This document shows positions 17,672 through 26,196 of a DNA stretch of 64,000 nt, in pieces (within the stretch, counting starts at the first letter, position 1; each line of letters starts with the position of its first letter). The notes beneath the pieces were generated by a model. That model was not told the origin of the DNA. It ran no database searches and saw only the letters and a list, made by a program, of their open reading frames with translations. Made by a program: the position numbers and the translations under genes. The stretch spans positions 1,154-65,153 of the forward strand of contig CAZJKT010000003.1 of the NCBI GenBank assembly GCA_964547015.1, written 5' to 3'. Source of the DNA: an uncultured archaeon (GTDB taxonomy: Archaea > Aenigmatarchaeota > Aenigmatarchaeia > QMZS01).

Positions 17672-18505
17672 ATGGCTGAAAGAAAAATTAAGGTGAAGGG
17701 TAAAAAAGCTGAGGCTGATAGCGGGGAAAAGCTCCAAAAAGAGCCAAAAAAGGCAATTAAGGCTAAGGAAATCAAAAATCCCGCAAAGGCAAAAAAATCC
17801 CCTAAAGAGCCGTCCAAAAAGAAAAAGATAGATATGCTTTTAGAAGAGATTGAGGAGGAAGAATCAGATAACTTTTCAAAAGAGGATGATTTGGACGAAG
17901 AAGATGAGGATAATGCGGGAGAATGCGAAACCTTTTATGAAAAGCCTGCATGGAAGAACGAAAAAAAAGTATATTTTGGCGAGCTCGTGGAAAGCAAGGT
18001 CTATGTGTGGGGCGCTCAGGAGTCTGAAGAGATTTATGACTTGGGGTGCTTTGGCAAAATCCGCGAAGACAAGAGAAATGAGCTTTCCCTTGAAGAGGCG
18101 CTCCTTCTCCTAAAAAGAAACAAGCTCAAAGTGAAATACCAAGAGGAAGAGTTTGATGAGAAAGGCTTTTTTGGGCATGCCTGCCGTCAGGATGCGGAAT
18201 TTCCCTGGAAATTTGCGGTTTATGAAGACCTTCGGGGCCGCGGGCTTCTCGTGCGAACAGGCTTCAAATTTGGAACGCATTTTAGGGTTTACGCACGCGG
18301 GGTGAAACTTAAAAGAGGGCCAAAGAATGTTAAGGAGCACACAAAGTGGATTGTCCATGCCATTCCCGAAAATTACACCTGCTCTTTTCCCGAGCTTTCC
18401 AGAGCCGTCCGTTTGGCGCATAATATCCGGGCGAAAATGCTCTGGGCTGTTGTTGACGAGGAAGGGGATGTGACTTATTACGAAGTTTTGAGGAAGACCC
18501 CTTAG
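17672..18505 (+). CDS. endA: tRNA-splicing endonuclease (EndA) with a Lys/Glu-rich N-terminal extension
   Basis: The C-terminal catalytic domain GFKFGTHFRVY ... HTKWIVHAI ... RLAHNIRAKMLWAVVD...VTYYE matches the conserved Tyr/His/Lys blocks of archaeal EndA. An N-terminal-type domain lies at residues about 70-150. The first 60 aa or so are a low-complexity K/E-rich tail. Confidence 0.8.
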   Translation: MAERKIKVKGKKAEADSGEKLQKEPKKAIKAKEIKNPAKAKKSPKEPSKKKKIDMLLEEIEEEESDNFSKEDDLDEEDEDNAGECETFYEKPAWKNEKKVYFGELVESKVYVWGAQESEEIYDLGCFGKIREDKRNELSLEEALLLLKRNKLKVKYQEEEFDEKGFFGHACRQDAEFPWKFAVYEDLRGRGLLVRTGFKFGTHFRVYARGVKLKRGPKNVKEHTKWIVHAIPENYTCSFPELSRAVRLAHNIRAKMLWAVVDEEGDVTYYEVLRKTP

Positions 18506-18530
18506 GTTAAATATAGGCTTTTCTAAAGTT

Positions 18531-19052
18531 ATGGACTTTTTTGAGTTAATCTCGCAAAGGCACTCCGTGCGGAATTTTGGGCAAAAAGAGGTTGAAAAAG
18601 AGAAGCTGAACAAAATTCTTGAGGCGGCTGATATGGCGCCTTCAGCCGGGAACCTTCAGGCCTATGAGATTGTTGTTGTGTCAGACTTATATCAAAAAAC
18701 TCGGCTTTGTGAGGCTTGCTTAAATCAGCAGTTTGTTGCCCAAGCCCCTGTTGTTCTTGTTTTTTGCGAGAATCGCCTAAAGTCTGAGGCCAAATATGGG
18801 CCGAGAGGGCATAAATTATATGCTCTTCAGGACGCCACAATCGCCTGCGCTTACGCCCAGCTTGCATGCGCGGCTCTGGGGCTCTCCTCCTGTTGGGTAG
18901 GGGCATTTAATGAGGAAATGGTCAAAAAGCTGATTGATGCGCCTGTCGGAGTGAAACCCATTGCAGTTCTTCCAATCGGCTACGCAAACGAGGAGCCGTA
19001 TTTGACCCCAAGGCGGGAAATTAAGGAGTTGGCTAAAAAAGAGAGGTTTTAA
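18531..19052 (+). CDS. Nitroreductase-family flavoprotein
   Basis: RHSVRNF and PSAGNLQ motifs; about 170 aa. Confidence 0.8.
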   Translation: MDFFELISQRHSVRNFGQKEVEKEKLNKILEAADMAPSAGNLQAYEIVVVSDLYQKTRLCEACLNQQFVAQAPVVLVFCENRLKSEAKYGPRGHKLYALQDATIACAYAQLACAALGLSSCWVGAFNEEMVKKLIDAPVGVKPIAVLPIGYANEEPYLTPRREIKELAKKERF

Positions 19053-19058
19053 ACCAGT

Positions 19059-19502
19059 TTAGCTCTTACATCTAAGGAAAAATGCAACCCACCACGGCCT
19101 TGAGGAATCTTTCTTGGTTGTTTTTGGGCGTTCTTCGGGGTATTTTGTTTCGTGCGGCCGCCCCCTCGAAATCAGCTCACCCCCAATCCGGGAATATTTG
19201 GCAAGCCCGTTTTCTTCAAGTATCATAAAATAGCGGTCTAAATCCTCAAACCGGACTTTTATATAAGGATAGTGCCGGTTGGTGAATTCCGGACTAACCT
19301 CGACAAACTCGACGTCGCCGTCTTTTAGAACTTCCAGTGCGGTCCCGTATTTTTTCCTTGTGTCCCTTGGAAGTTCCAGATAGGCCCCCGAATCAAAATA
19401 GAGTGTGTCTGTCCCGCCAGGGTTTAAACAATCCAACTTAGAAATATTGACACCATAGAGTTCTATTGCCTGAAGCAATCGTGATTGTGGATTTTCTATC
19501 AT
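19059..19502 (-). CDS. Hypothetical protein
   Basis: 147-aa ORF with no recognised motif. Confidence 0.35.
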   Translation of the reverse strand: MIENPQSRLLQAIELYGVNISKLDCLNPGGTDTLYFDSGAYLELPRDTRKKYGTALEVLKDGDVEFVEVSPEFTNRHYPYIKVRFEDLDRYFMILEENGLAKYSRIGGELISRGRPHETKYPEERPKTTKKDSSRPWWVAFFLRCKS

Positions 19503-19802
19503 AAATTCTTTCGCAAATTTATAAATACCATTTAGAAATTAATACTCACAAAAACGATTTGAATATTCCATAAGACAAGCCTTATGTAGATCACCCTCAT
19601 ATAGGTCAGTATCTGAATAATTGATGATTATATCTCTCTCAATTCCACCCCTTGCACAACCCTTATATTATACCCTTGCTTTTTAAAATACTTAATTGCC
19701 CTACCAAAGCTGGCCGCATCATCCATAAATGAAAGCACATCCCGTCTGGTTTCCGGAGCCATATTATTAAACGAAATTTTGAAATATAAATCCAATTAAC
19801 TT

Positions 19803-20573
19803 ATGCCCTCCGGACTCATTATTTTGGATAAGCCCTCCGGCCCGACAAGCTTTGACTGCGTCGAGCGGGTGGGAAAAATTTTCGGAGAGAAAAAGTGCGG
19901 CCACACCGGCACCCTTGACCCAAAGGTCACGGGCGTCCTCCTAGTTTTGGTCGGCGAGGCAAGAAAGCTTGCTCCGCTGTTTGAAGACGCTGACAAGACC
20001 TACACGGGCGTAATGCATATGCACGACAATACAACCACAGAGCAATTACGGGCGATTATCAACGATTTTACGGGCGAAATCACCCAGCTTCCGCCGCGGC
20101 GCTCAAGGGTCAAGAGAGTCGAGCGGCAGAGAACGGTTTTTGGGATGACAATCGACAAGGTTGAGGGGCAGGACATCACCATGACCATAAAGTGCGAGAG
20201 AGGGACATATATCCGAAAGCTCTTCCACGACATGGGCGAAAAATTAGGAACAGGCGCGCACATGAAATACCTGCGGCGAATCGAGGTAGAGGGGTTCACA
20301 GAAAAGGAGGCTGTTACCTTCGAGGAACTGGAAAAATCGCCTAATAATCACCTTCTGCCAAACGAGGAGATAATTCAGCGGCTGGGGATTGCAAAGCTCC
20401 TTTTGCCCCCGTCAATGGAGAAAATCGTCGCAAACGGGATGCCAATTAACCTAAATGAGCCTGAATCGTTCAAGGAGGGGGAAAAAGTCGGGGTCTTTAT
20501 TGAGGGGAGGCTTCGCGCAATAGGGACAAAAATTGAGGGAAAAGTCAAGATTGAGCGCGGGATTCTGCCTTAA
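19803..20573 (+). CDS. cbf5: tRNA/rRNA pseudouridine synthase Cbf5 (TruB family, H/ACA RNP catalytic subunit)
   Basis: Catalytic motif GHTGTLDP and a C-terminal PUA-like region. Confidence 0.85.
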   Translation: MPSGLIILDKPSGPTSFDCVERVGKIFGEKKCGHTGTLDPKVTGVLLVLVGEARKLAPLFEDADKTYTGVMHMHDNTTTEQLRAIINDFTGEITQLPPRRSRVKRVERQRTVFGMTIDKVEGQDITMTIKCERGTYIRKLFHDMGEKLGTGAHMKYLRRIEVEGFTEKEAVTFEELEKSPNNHLLPNEEIIQRLGIAKLLLPPSMEKIVANGMPINLNEPESFKEGEKVGVFIEGRLRAIGTKIEGKVKIERGILP

Positions 20574-20648
20574 TGGGAATATTTGAGGGCAAATGAAAAT
20601 CAAAGGCATAGGACTTAAACCAGATAATATGGGAGTTATTGGGTAAGT

Positions 20649-20804
20649 TTAGAGAAGAAACCGAACAGCAATTAATCCGATGCAAATAAGAAAGCCTACC
20701 GTCAGCACAACTTCGGGGCGAAAATTTATCCCCTGCTCAATCTCATCACTATAATTTATGAGCCCTGCCGTTGTCTGCGGCATCCTTCTTTTCTCCTTTG
20801 CCAT
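20649..20804 (-). CDS. Preprotein translocase subunit Sec61beta (SecG-archaeal)
   Basis: MPQTTAGLINYSDE...PEVVLTVGFLICIGLIAVRFLL resembles archaeal Sec61beta (PMSSAGL.RYY.E plus a C-terminal TM). I placed the start at the internal Met (ATG at 20804) to clear the tRNA 3' end. Confidence 0.6.
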   Translation of the reverse strand: MAKEKRRMPQTTAGLINYSDEIEQGINFRPEVVLTVGFLICIGLIAVRFLL

Positions 20805-20827
20805 ACTATATATTACTTTTAAAATAA

Positions 20828-21237
20828 TGCAGGAGGGCGGATTTTCGATTTTAGCCAAATTAGCTGTGATATCCCGCGAAGCGGAATGGTTTTTCTTTGG
20901 GGTGTCGGACTTTCTTTTTCTAAAAGAACGTCTGACTTCGAACCGCCGAACCCACTAAGAGACTGGATTGCTCATCTCCAAAAGATTTTCTTTTGGGGGT
21001 GTCGGACCTTTTCTTCTTAAGAAAAGGGCTGACCTTGAGTCCAGCGCCTTTCTCCAGTCTTGAGTTTGGCCCCTATGCAATATCCGCCCGTTCGCGAAGC
21101 GAACGTTGTATGCGAAAATTGTTTTCTTTTGGGGTTATTAGACCTCCATCATTTGCGAAGCAAATGGTGGCGCCGTTCCCTGTGAACGCGCGTTGCATCT
21201 CGCTGATGAAGAGATGACCAGACTTGGCTACTCCTGC
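20828..21237 (-). tRNA. tRNA-Leu (anticodon CAA) with three introns, on the minus strand. Exons 21237-21215, 21050-21034, 20968-20937 (plus the T at 20841) and 20840-20828; introns about 21214-21051 (D-loop), 21033-20969 (37/38) and 20936-20842 (T-loop).
   Basis: Manual fold of the reverse complement. Acceptor GCAGGAG/CTCCTGC with discriminator A; D-arm GCC-AAGTCTGGTCA[intron]AA-GGC identical in form to the Leu-UAG gene; anticodon stem CTGGA/TCCAG with loop CTCAAGA; variable arm T-CTC-TTAGT-GGG-TTC; T-stem GGCGG/CCGCC with loop TTCGAAT. Spliced length is about 86 nt. Confidence 0.65.
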
Positions 21238-21387
21238 ATAACCTAAATCGCCATAATTCTTAAAAATAGGATTCTGCATTTGCCGGATTCTAAAAGCCCT
21301 AATATAATTCTTAAGGCGCATTTAGAGCAACCCGACAAGAAAATAAATATTTTTATCCCCTAAAACAAGCTTATCATTTAGATAGAT

Positions 21388-21792
21388 CTACCTCTTGCTT
21401 CTCTGTTTGTGCCTTCGAGGGCCTTTTTTGGACCTTGACGGCTTGTGCGGCTCAGTTCTCCTAACATCCTGAACTATGAGGTGGCGATCGTACTCTAAAA
21501 AAGACTTTTTTAAGTCATCTCCTTTAAGCTTGACAAGCGCTTTTGCTATTCCCTGCGCCGAAGCTTCTGCCTGGGCCATAAACCCGCCCCCACTTGCATT
21601 AATCTTTATATCATACGCATCTTCGCCGGACACAATAAGAGGCTCTAAAACCTTTAGCTGCACAATCTTAGGATAAACCTCAAGCGGCTTTCCGTTAATA
21701 ATAATTCTCTTTTCTCCCGAGGTAAGCCTGACTCTTGAAACTGCCCTTTTTCGCTTTCCGGTGGTAAGCTTAATCTTATTGTCCATAATCAT
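21388..21792 (-). CDS. rps9: 30S ribosomal protein S9 (uS9)
   Basis: GKRKRAVSRV and the C-terminal basic tail ...RSKKGPRRHKQRSKR. Confidence 0.9.
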   Translation of the reverse strand: MIMDNKIKLTTGKRKRAVSRVRLTSGEKRIIINGKPLEVYPKIVQLKVLEPLIVSGEDAYDIKINASGGGFMAQAEASAQGIAKALVKLKGDDLKKSFLEYDRHLIVQDVRRTEPHKPSRSKKGPRRHKQRSKR

Positions 21793-22195
21793 ACCCCAAA
21801 TATTTACTTACTTCCCCTACAAAAATAAAGCCGCAGTTTGTGTCCTTTGCCTGTTTTCCTACCTTTTCTGCCTTTTTGCCCTGAAGGCTTTCCGGGACTC
21901 CGACATAGGTTTTAACCCTTTCAAATGCCGCTTTGCCTTCCGGGCTTTTATAGCCAACCATTCCTCTGACGGCCCTTCTTACAATCTTTTCGGGAGTTCT
22001 TGGGAAAAATGGGCCTTTAAAAGGATGGCCTCTCTGCCTTCTTTCAAGGTATCTCTTCAGCACAACCTCTCTTTTGCCGGTTATAATTGCCTTCTCGGAA
22101 TTGACCACAACGACTTCCTCGCCGTTTCTTGCGAGTTTTGCGACCTCCACAGCCATCCTTCCCAAAATGCAGCCTTCTGCATCCACAACTCTCAT
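21776..22195 (-). CDS. rpl13: 50S ribosomal protein L13 (uL13)
   Basis: VVDAEG.ILGR.A..VAK.L..G..V.VVN.EKA.ITG blocks. Overlaps rps9 by 17 nt, which is typical coupling. Confidence 0.9.
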   Translation of the reverse strand: MRVVDAEGCILGRMAVEVAKLARNGEEVVVVNSEKAIITGKREVVLKRYLERRQRGHPFKGPFFPRTPEKIVRRAVRGMVGYKSPEGKAAFERVKTYVGVPESLQGKKAEKVGKQAKDTNCGFIFVGEVSKYLGYDYGQ

Positions 22196-22327
22196 TTGTT
22201 AATATAGGGAAAAAGTTTTAATTTAACCCTCACTATTCTGCAAAGCAACAACTTCTGCCAAAAAAGCAGGTTATATTATTATTCAGCCCGAAAAAGCCGC
22301 ATTTAAAATATTTTAGCTAATGAATAT

Positions 22328-22522
22328 ATGATAATTCCAGTAAGATGCTTTACTTGCGGCAAAGTGATAGGACATCTTTGGGCAGAGTACCAAAAGAAAA
22401 TTGAGGCGGGAGAAGAGCCCGCAAAAGCTATGGATTCTCTCGGCATTACGAGATACTGTTGCAGGACGACTTTCCTTACTCATTCGGACAATATTAAGGA
22501 AATTGCCCGATTTAAAGTATAA
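22328..22522 (+). CDS. rpoN: DNA-directed RNA polymerase subunit N (Rpo10/RpoN)
   Basis: MIIPVRCFTCGKVIG..W..Y...GIT.RYCCRTTFLTH is the Rpb10 zinc-bundle signature. Confidence 0.85.
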   Translation: MIIPVRCFTCGKVIGHLWAEYQKKIEAGEEPAKAMDSLGITRYCCRTTFLTHSDNIKEIARFKV

Positions 22523-22833
22523 TGGTCAGGCAAATCTCAGATGAGGATTTTGGCGAATTTGTCAGTGAAGGGGTTGTGGCGGTGGACTGTTATGCTGAAT
22601 GGTGCCCTCCCTGCAAAATGCTGGCTCCCGTCCTAGAAAAGCTCTCAGAAGAGCTTACCGACATTAAATTCGGCAAAATAAATACTGATGAGAACCCAAA
22701 AACTGCAGAAAAGTTTGAAATCCGTTCAATTCCAAACATTCTGGTATTCAAGGACGGAAGAGTGGTTGAGCAAATCATAGGCTTTTACCCTGAAGAGGCT
22801 CTTAGGGCTAAATTTGAGGCTATTTTGGGGTAA
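22522..22833 (+). CDS. trx: Thioredoxin
   Basis: WCPPCK active site in a roughly 100-aa thioredoxin fold. Confidence 0.9.
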   Translation: MVRQISDEDFGEFVSEGVVAVDCYAEWCPPCKMLAPVLEKLSEELTDIKFGKINTDENPKTAEKFEIRSIPNILVFKDGRVVEQIIGFYPEEALRAKFEAILG

Positions 22834-23048
22834 GAGCCCCTACTAAGTCCGCTTAGTTAGCGGTAATGTTGCAGGCAATTACTTAGCTAAATATGCAAAA
22901 ACTCCTGATTTTTTGAAAAGTGTTTCTTTTGGTGGCGTCAAATCTTTCAGGGTACCGAGCCAACATCCCATAAGAAAAAGCGCCAGCCTTTTCGAAAAAT
23001 GGTTTTCTTTTTGGGTAGAGACTTTTTCTTTTTCAAAAGAAAAAGGTT

Positions 23049-24425
23049 CTATTCGAAGAATCTCCTTACCATAGGGTTCATATCCTCCATATATTGCTGG
23101 CCAATCCTCTCATAGAAGTTATAGAGTATCATTACCGTAAGAAGAATGCCTGTTCCTGTGCCTACGGCCCCGGTAAGGTCTGCTACAGCCGCCAAAAGCC
23201 CGACAGCAAGCCCGCCCATGATGGCCAGAGGATAGATATATTTGCTTAGCACCTTTACAAGAATTCTCTTATCTTTCCTAAAGCCCGGAATCTGCATCCC
23301 CACAGAAGATATCTGCTCTGCTACCGCCGCGGGGCCCATATTCGTAGTTTCCACCCAGAAATATGAGAATACTACACAAAGAAGCATTAAAAATACCGTG
23401 TAGGTTGTTGCCCTATAATACTCTGAAGTTACAACCTCCTCTCCGGAAAGAACCCTTGGCAAAAGATTATGAGGGGCTGAAAGATAGTAGGCCGCGCCGC
23501 TAAGTGGTTGTCCGTTCTCATCAAATGTCCCAAATACAGATATCCCGCGGGAATCCATGATTGAGCCCATCATTGTCACATTAATTAAAAGCGCGGCCGC
23601 AAGGATTACCGGCATGTTTGAAGTGTAGAAGAAATTCAAAGGCCACCTCCTGCCAAATCCCCTGACCTGAGAGAATGCCAGCGGGATTTCTACTTTAATT
23701 GACTGGGCAAAAATGCATATCGCAAACACAGCCAAAGTCGCTATAATTATTGTTAGGGAAAGTATCACAAGGCTTGCATTAGCGGAGAAAAACCCCTGAA
23801 ACACGCTTAGTACTGCCCCTGCGCACTGTCCGCCTCCGGTTATGCTGCAAAGCCCCCCGTCAGCGGACAAGGGTGAAAAAAGCCTTACAAAAATGGTTTT
23901 GGCAACGCCTGCGGCAATAAAGAGTGAAACGCCCGGGCCAAGCCCCCATTTTGTGCTGATTTCATCCAAAAACAAAATCATAAGGCCGCCAAGAGCAATC
24001 TGAAGGCCTACTAATGGGATTAAAGCTGAAGTCTCAGCCCTAACCGCCCCAAAAAGGACAAATGCAAAGCCCTCAACAAAACACAGGATTATTGCAAGGG
24101 TTTTTTGCGTCCCCTGAAATTTTATTCTTCCTTCCTTGGTGTTTAGGTTCCAGGATAGGATTTTAGCCCCTACAAGCACCTGAAGGAGAATGGAGGAGGT
24201 AACAATCGGGCCGATTCCTAAGGTCCCAAGTGTTCCGAATTCAGAGCCTAAAAGAACAGAAATATTGCGGAAATAATCAAAGCTTTGGGCGGCTATGCCG
24301 TAAATAGGGGTTTCGCCCATTGTGTAGAATAAAAGAAGGATTGCCACAGTCCATTTTAGCCTTTGCTTAAAGTCAAGCCTTGATTTGGGCTTAACAACGC
24401 CGGGCAGTTTTGAAAATAGGTTCAT
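23049..24425 (-). CDS. secY: Preprotein translocase subunit SecY
   Basis: 458 aa with ten TM segments. The overall pattern matches SecY and it lies adjacent to L15 as in the universal ribosomal/secY cluster. Confidence 0.9.
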   Translation of the reverse strand: MNLFSKLPGVVKPKSRLDFKQRLKWTVAILLLFYTMGETPIYGIAAQSFDYFRNISVLLGSEFGTLGTLGIGPIVTSSILLQVLVGAKILSWNLNTKEGRIKFQGTQKTLAIILCFVEGFAFVLFGAVRAETSALIPLVGLQIALGGLMILFLDEISTKWGLGPGVSLFIAAGVAKTIFVRLFSPLSADGGLCSITGGGQCAGAVLSVFQGFFSANASLVILSLTIIIATLAVFAICIFAQSIKVEIPLAFSQVRGFGRRWPLNFFYTSNMPVILAAALLINVTMMGSIMDSRGISVFGTFDENGQPLSGAAYYLSAPHNLLPRVLSGEEVVTSEYYRATTYTVFLMLLCVVFSYFWVETTNMGPAAVAEQISSVGMQIPGFRKDKRILVKVLSKYIYPLAIMGGLAVGLLAAVADLTGAVGTGTGILLTVMILYNFYERIGQQYMEDMNPMVRRFFE

Positions 24426-24549
24426 TAATTTAGTTCAATTAAAATAATAATTGTTGTCTCTGGATTTTAGCGCCAAGTATATATAGGTTTATAAGCTCTT
24501 CCCAAAATCCAAATAGAAATAAGGCAGTTAGATGCAAATTTCTGAATAA

Positions 24550-24939
24550 CTAAGCCTCAACCAACTCGCATCCTGCGGCTTTGAGCTTTTCCCCGGCCGA
24601 TTTGCTCCATTTTGAAACAGTAATTTTCGCCTTAAAATTTGCTTCCCCGTCCCCAAGAAGCTTATCTATGCCCATTTGGGAAAGGTTTACCTCCTTTTTT
24701 TTCTCTTTTTCAAGGATTGCCGCAAGCCCGCTGATATTTATGGAATTAAGGGTTTTCTTCTTCTTGAGCTTTGTGTGGTCAAAGTGGTCAGGGAAATACT
24801 TGAGTATCTTCTGCATTTTATGGCCCTTTGAGCCTGAGAAGCCTACACCTCCCCTTGAGCCCTTGCCTCTGTGCTTTTTTTTCATCCCCCATCCGTGGGT
24901 ATTTGAGCCCCGCATTTTCTTTGTGGTTGTCTTTCCCAT
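24550..24939 (-). CDS. rpl15: 50S ribosomal protein L15 (uL15)
   Basis: MGKTTTKKMRGSNTHGWGMKKKHRGKGSRGGVGFSGSKGHK matches the uL15 N-terminus. The start was moved to this internal Met (ATG at 24939) instead of the longer ORF starting at 25050. Confidence 0.85.
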   Translation of the reverse strand: MGKTTTKKMRGSNTHGWGMKKKHRGKGSRGGVGFSGSKGHKMQKILKYFPDHFDHTKLKKKKTLNSINISGLAAILEKEKKKEVNLSQMGIDKLLGDGEANFKAKITVSKWSKSAGEKLKAAGCELVEA

Positions 24940-25063
24940 AATAGGGCATGTAAGAAATAAATTTGGAGCCATACATATTGATTTCCCGCAAAGTGGGCGG
25001 GTATCCCTAAAAGAGGCAACTGCGGTTAACGGCAAGGCAAGAATTCCCAAAAAATGTCAAGAA

Positions 25064-26107
25064 CTACCTCAATTCCCCCCAAAACCGCCTTTTTTTAGGC
25101 TTCTGCCTCAAAGAATAGGCAATCGCCCCGTAACCGAGAATTACGCTTATAAGGACAGCCCAGCTCCCAAGCAAAGGAAGCCTGAATATAAGGTTGAGCA
25201 GGATAAATCCTGCGGTAAACAAGATTGCCCTGTGCGCTTCTATCCCCAGCATACCAAAAAGCCATTTCCCGGCGCTATATGATACAAATAAAACCGCCGC
25301 CATAAGCCCGATAACAAAGCTCACTGCAAGGATAAAAGCCACAGGAATCCCGATAATAGACAAGATAAAGAGCACAATAATGAACGGGGAAATAATCAGG
25401 GATACAAAACCCAAAAGAAAGCTCTTTATAGGCTTCTCTGATATTGCAATATCCACTTTGCGGTAGGCTGCGGGCCAGGCTAATGTCAGCAAAAGCCCGA
25501 TAATATAGAAGCTTATTATCAGAAGCGCGTTTAAGAGATTCATTGCGAGTTTGACTGCCGAAACATCCCTTGGCTGCTCAACAATCACCTCCCCCGAGAC
25601 GCCTTCGTCTATGAGATTTCCTGCCTTAATGTGGAGCGTGCCGTTGATTAATCCTTGGTGGGTGGTTGAAACTGCGCTTATTAGGGCATCCCGCCCGATA
25701 TATGCTTCGGGAAAGATGATTATTTTCCCACCTGCAAGGACAGCATTTGTCTCAACAGCAGAGCGCAGGTTAACCCTACCCCCAACAGCCACAATTTTGC
25801 CGTAAATATCTGAATTTATATTAACTTCTCCGCCGATTACCAGGAGGTCGCCGGCAATAGGCGCGTTAATATTCACGGTTCCCCCCGCAATTATCGCCCC
25901 CCCTACAGGCTCATTTACATTTATAATAGTGCCCGCGGCAAAAATATCATCATCCACCCGCTCGTCAATAGAAATATTTTTGCCTTCAAAAATCTCAAGC
26001 GCAAAAACCGCGCAGGGCAGGGATAATAATAGGACACTAAGCGCGAGAACTGCAAGCAAAAAAATCCTTGGGCTTAAGCCTCCTCCGCCTATGTTTTTAG
26101 AGAGCAT
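25064..26107 (-). CDS. Membrane-anchored bactofilin-like (polymer-forming cytoskeletal, DUF583-type beta-helix) protein with a polytopic C-terminal membrane domain
   Basis: An N-terminal signal/TM segment; then repeated G-x-I/V-x-G-x-V-N-I-N blocks (VGGAIIAGGTVNINAPIAGDLLVIGGEVNINSDIYGKIVAVGGRVNL), characteristic of bactofilin beta-helices; then about five C-terminal TM helices. Confidence 0.55.
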   Translation of the reverse strand: MLSKNIGGGGLSPRIFLLAVLALSVLLLSLPCAVFALEIFEGKNISIDERVDDDIFAAGTIINVNEPVGGAIIAGGTVNINAPIAGDLLVIGGEVNINSDIYGKIVAVGGRVNLRSAVETNAVLAGGKIIIFPEAYIGRDALISAVSTTHQGLINGTLHIKAGNLIDEGVSGEVIVEQPRDVSAVKLAMNLLNALLIISFYIIGLLLTLAWPAAYRKVDIAISEKPIKSFLLGFVSLIISPFIIVLFILSIIGIPVAFILAVSFVIGLMAAVLFVSYSAGKWLFGMLGIEAHRAILFTAGFILLNLIFRLPLLGSWAVLISVILGYGAIAYSLRQKPKKRRFWGELR

Positions 26108-26196
26108 AACTTATTTGCTCATATGGTATATATACTTTTTAGTAGGCTCTACTCGGTTATTTGCGTTTTATGCCTCTAGCTCAATTCTATACAAGC

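Noticed and set aside
19503-19802. 43-aa minus-strand ORF (MAPETRRDVLSFMDDAASFGRAIKYFKKQGYN...) upstream of cbf5
   Set aside because: It is too short, and not recognised. It is likely just part of the cbf5 promoter/leader region.
24581-25282. 233-aa plus-strand ORF overlapping rpl15 and the bactofilin-like gene
   Set aside because: It is antisense to two supported genes and has low-complexity Pro/Phe-rich translation.
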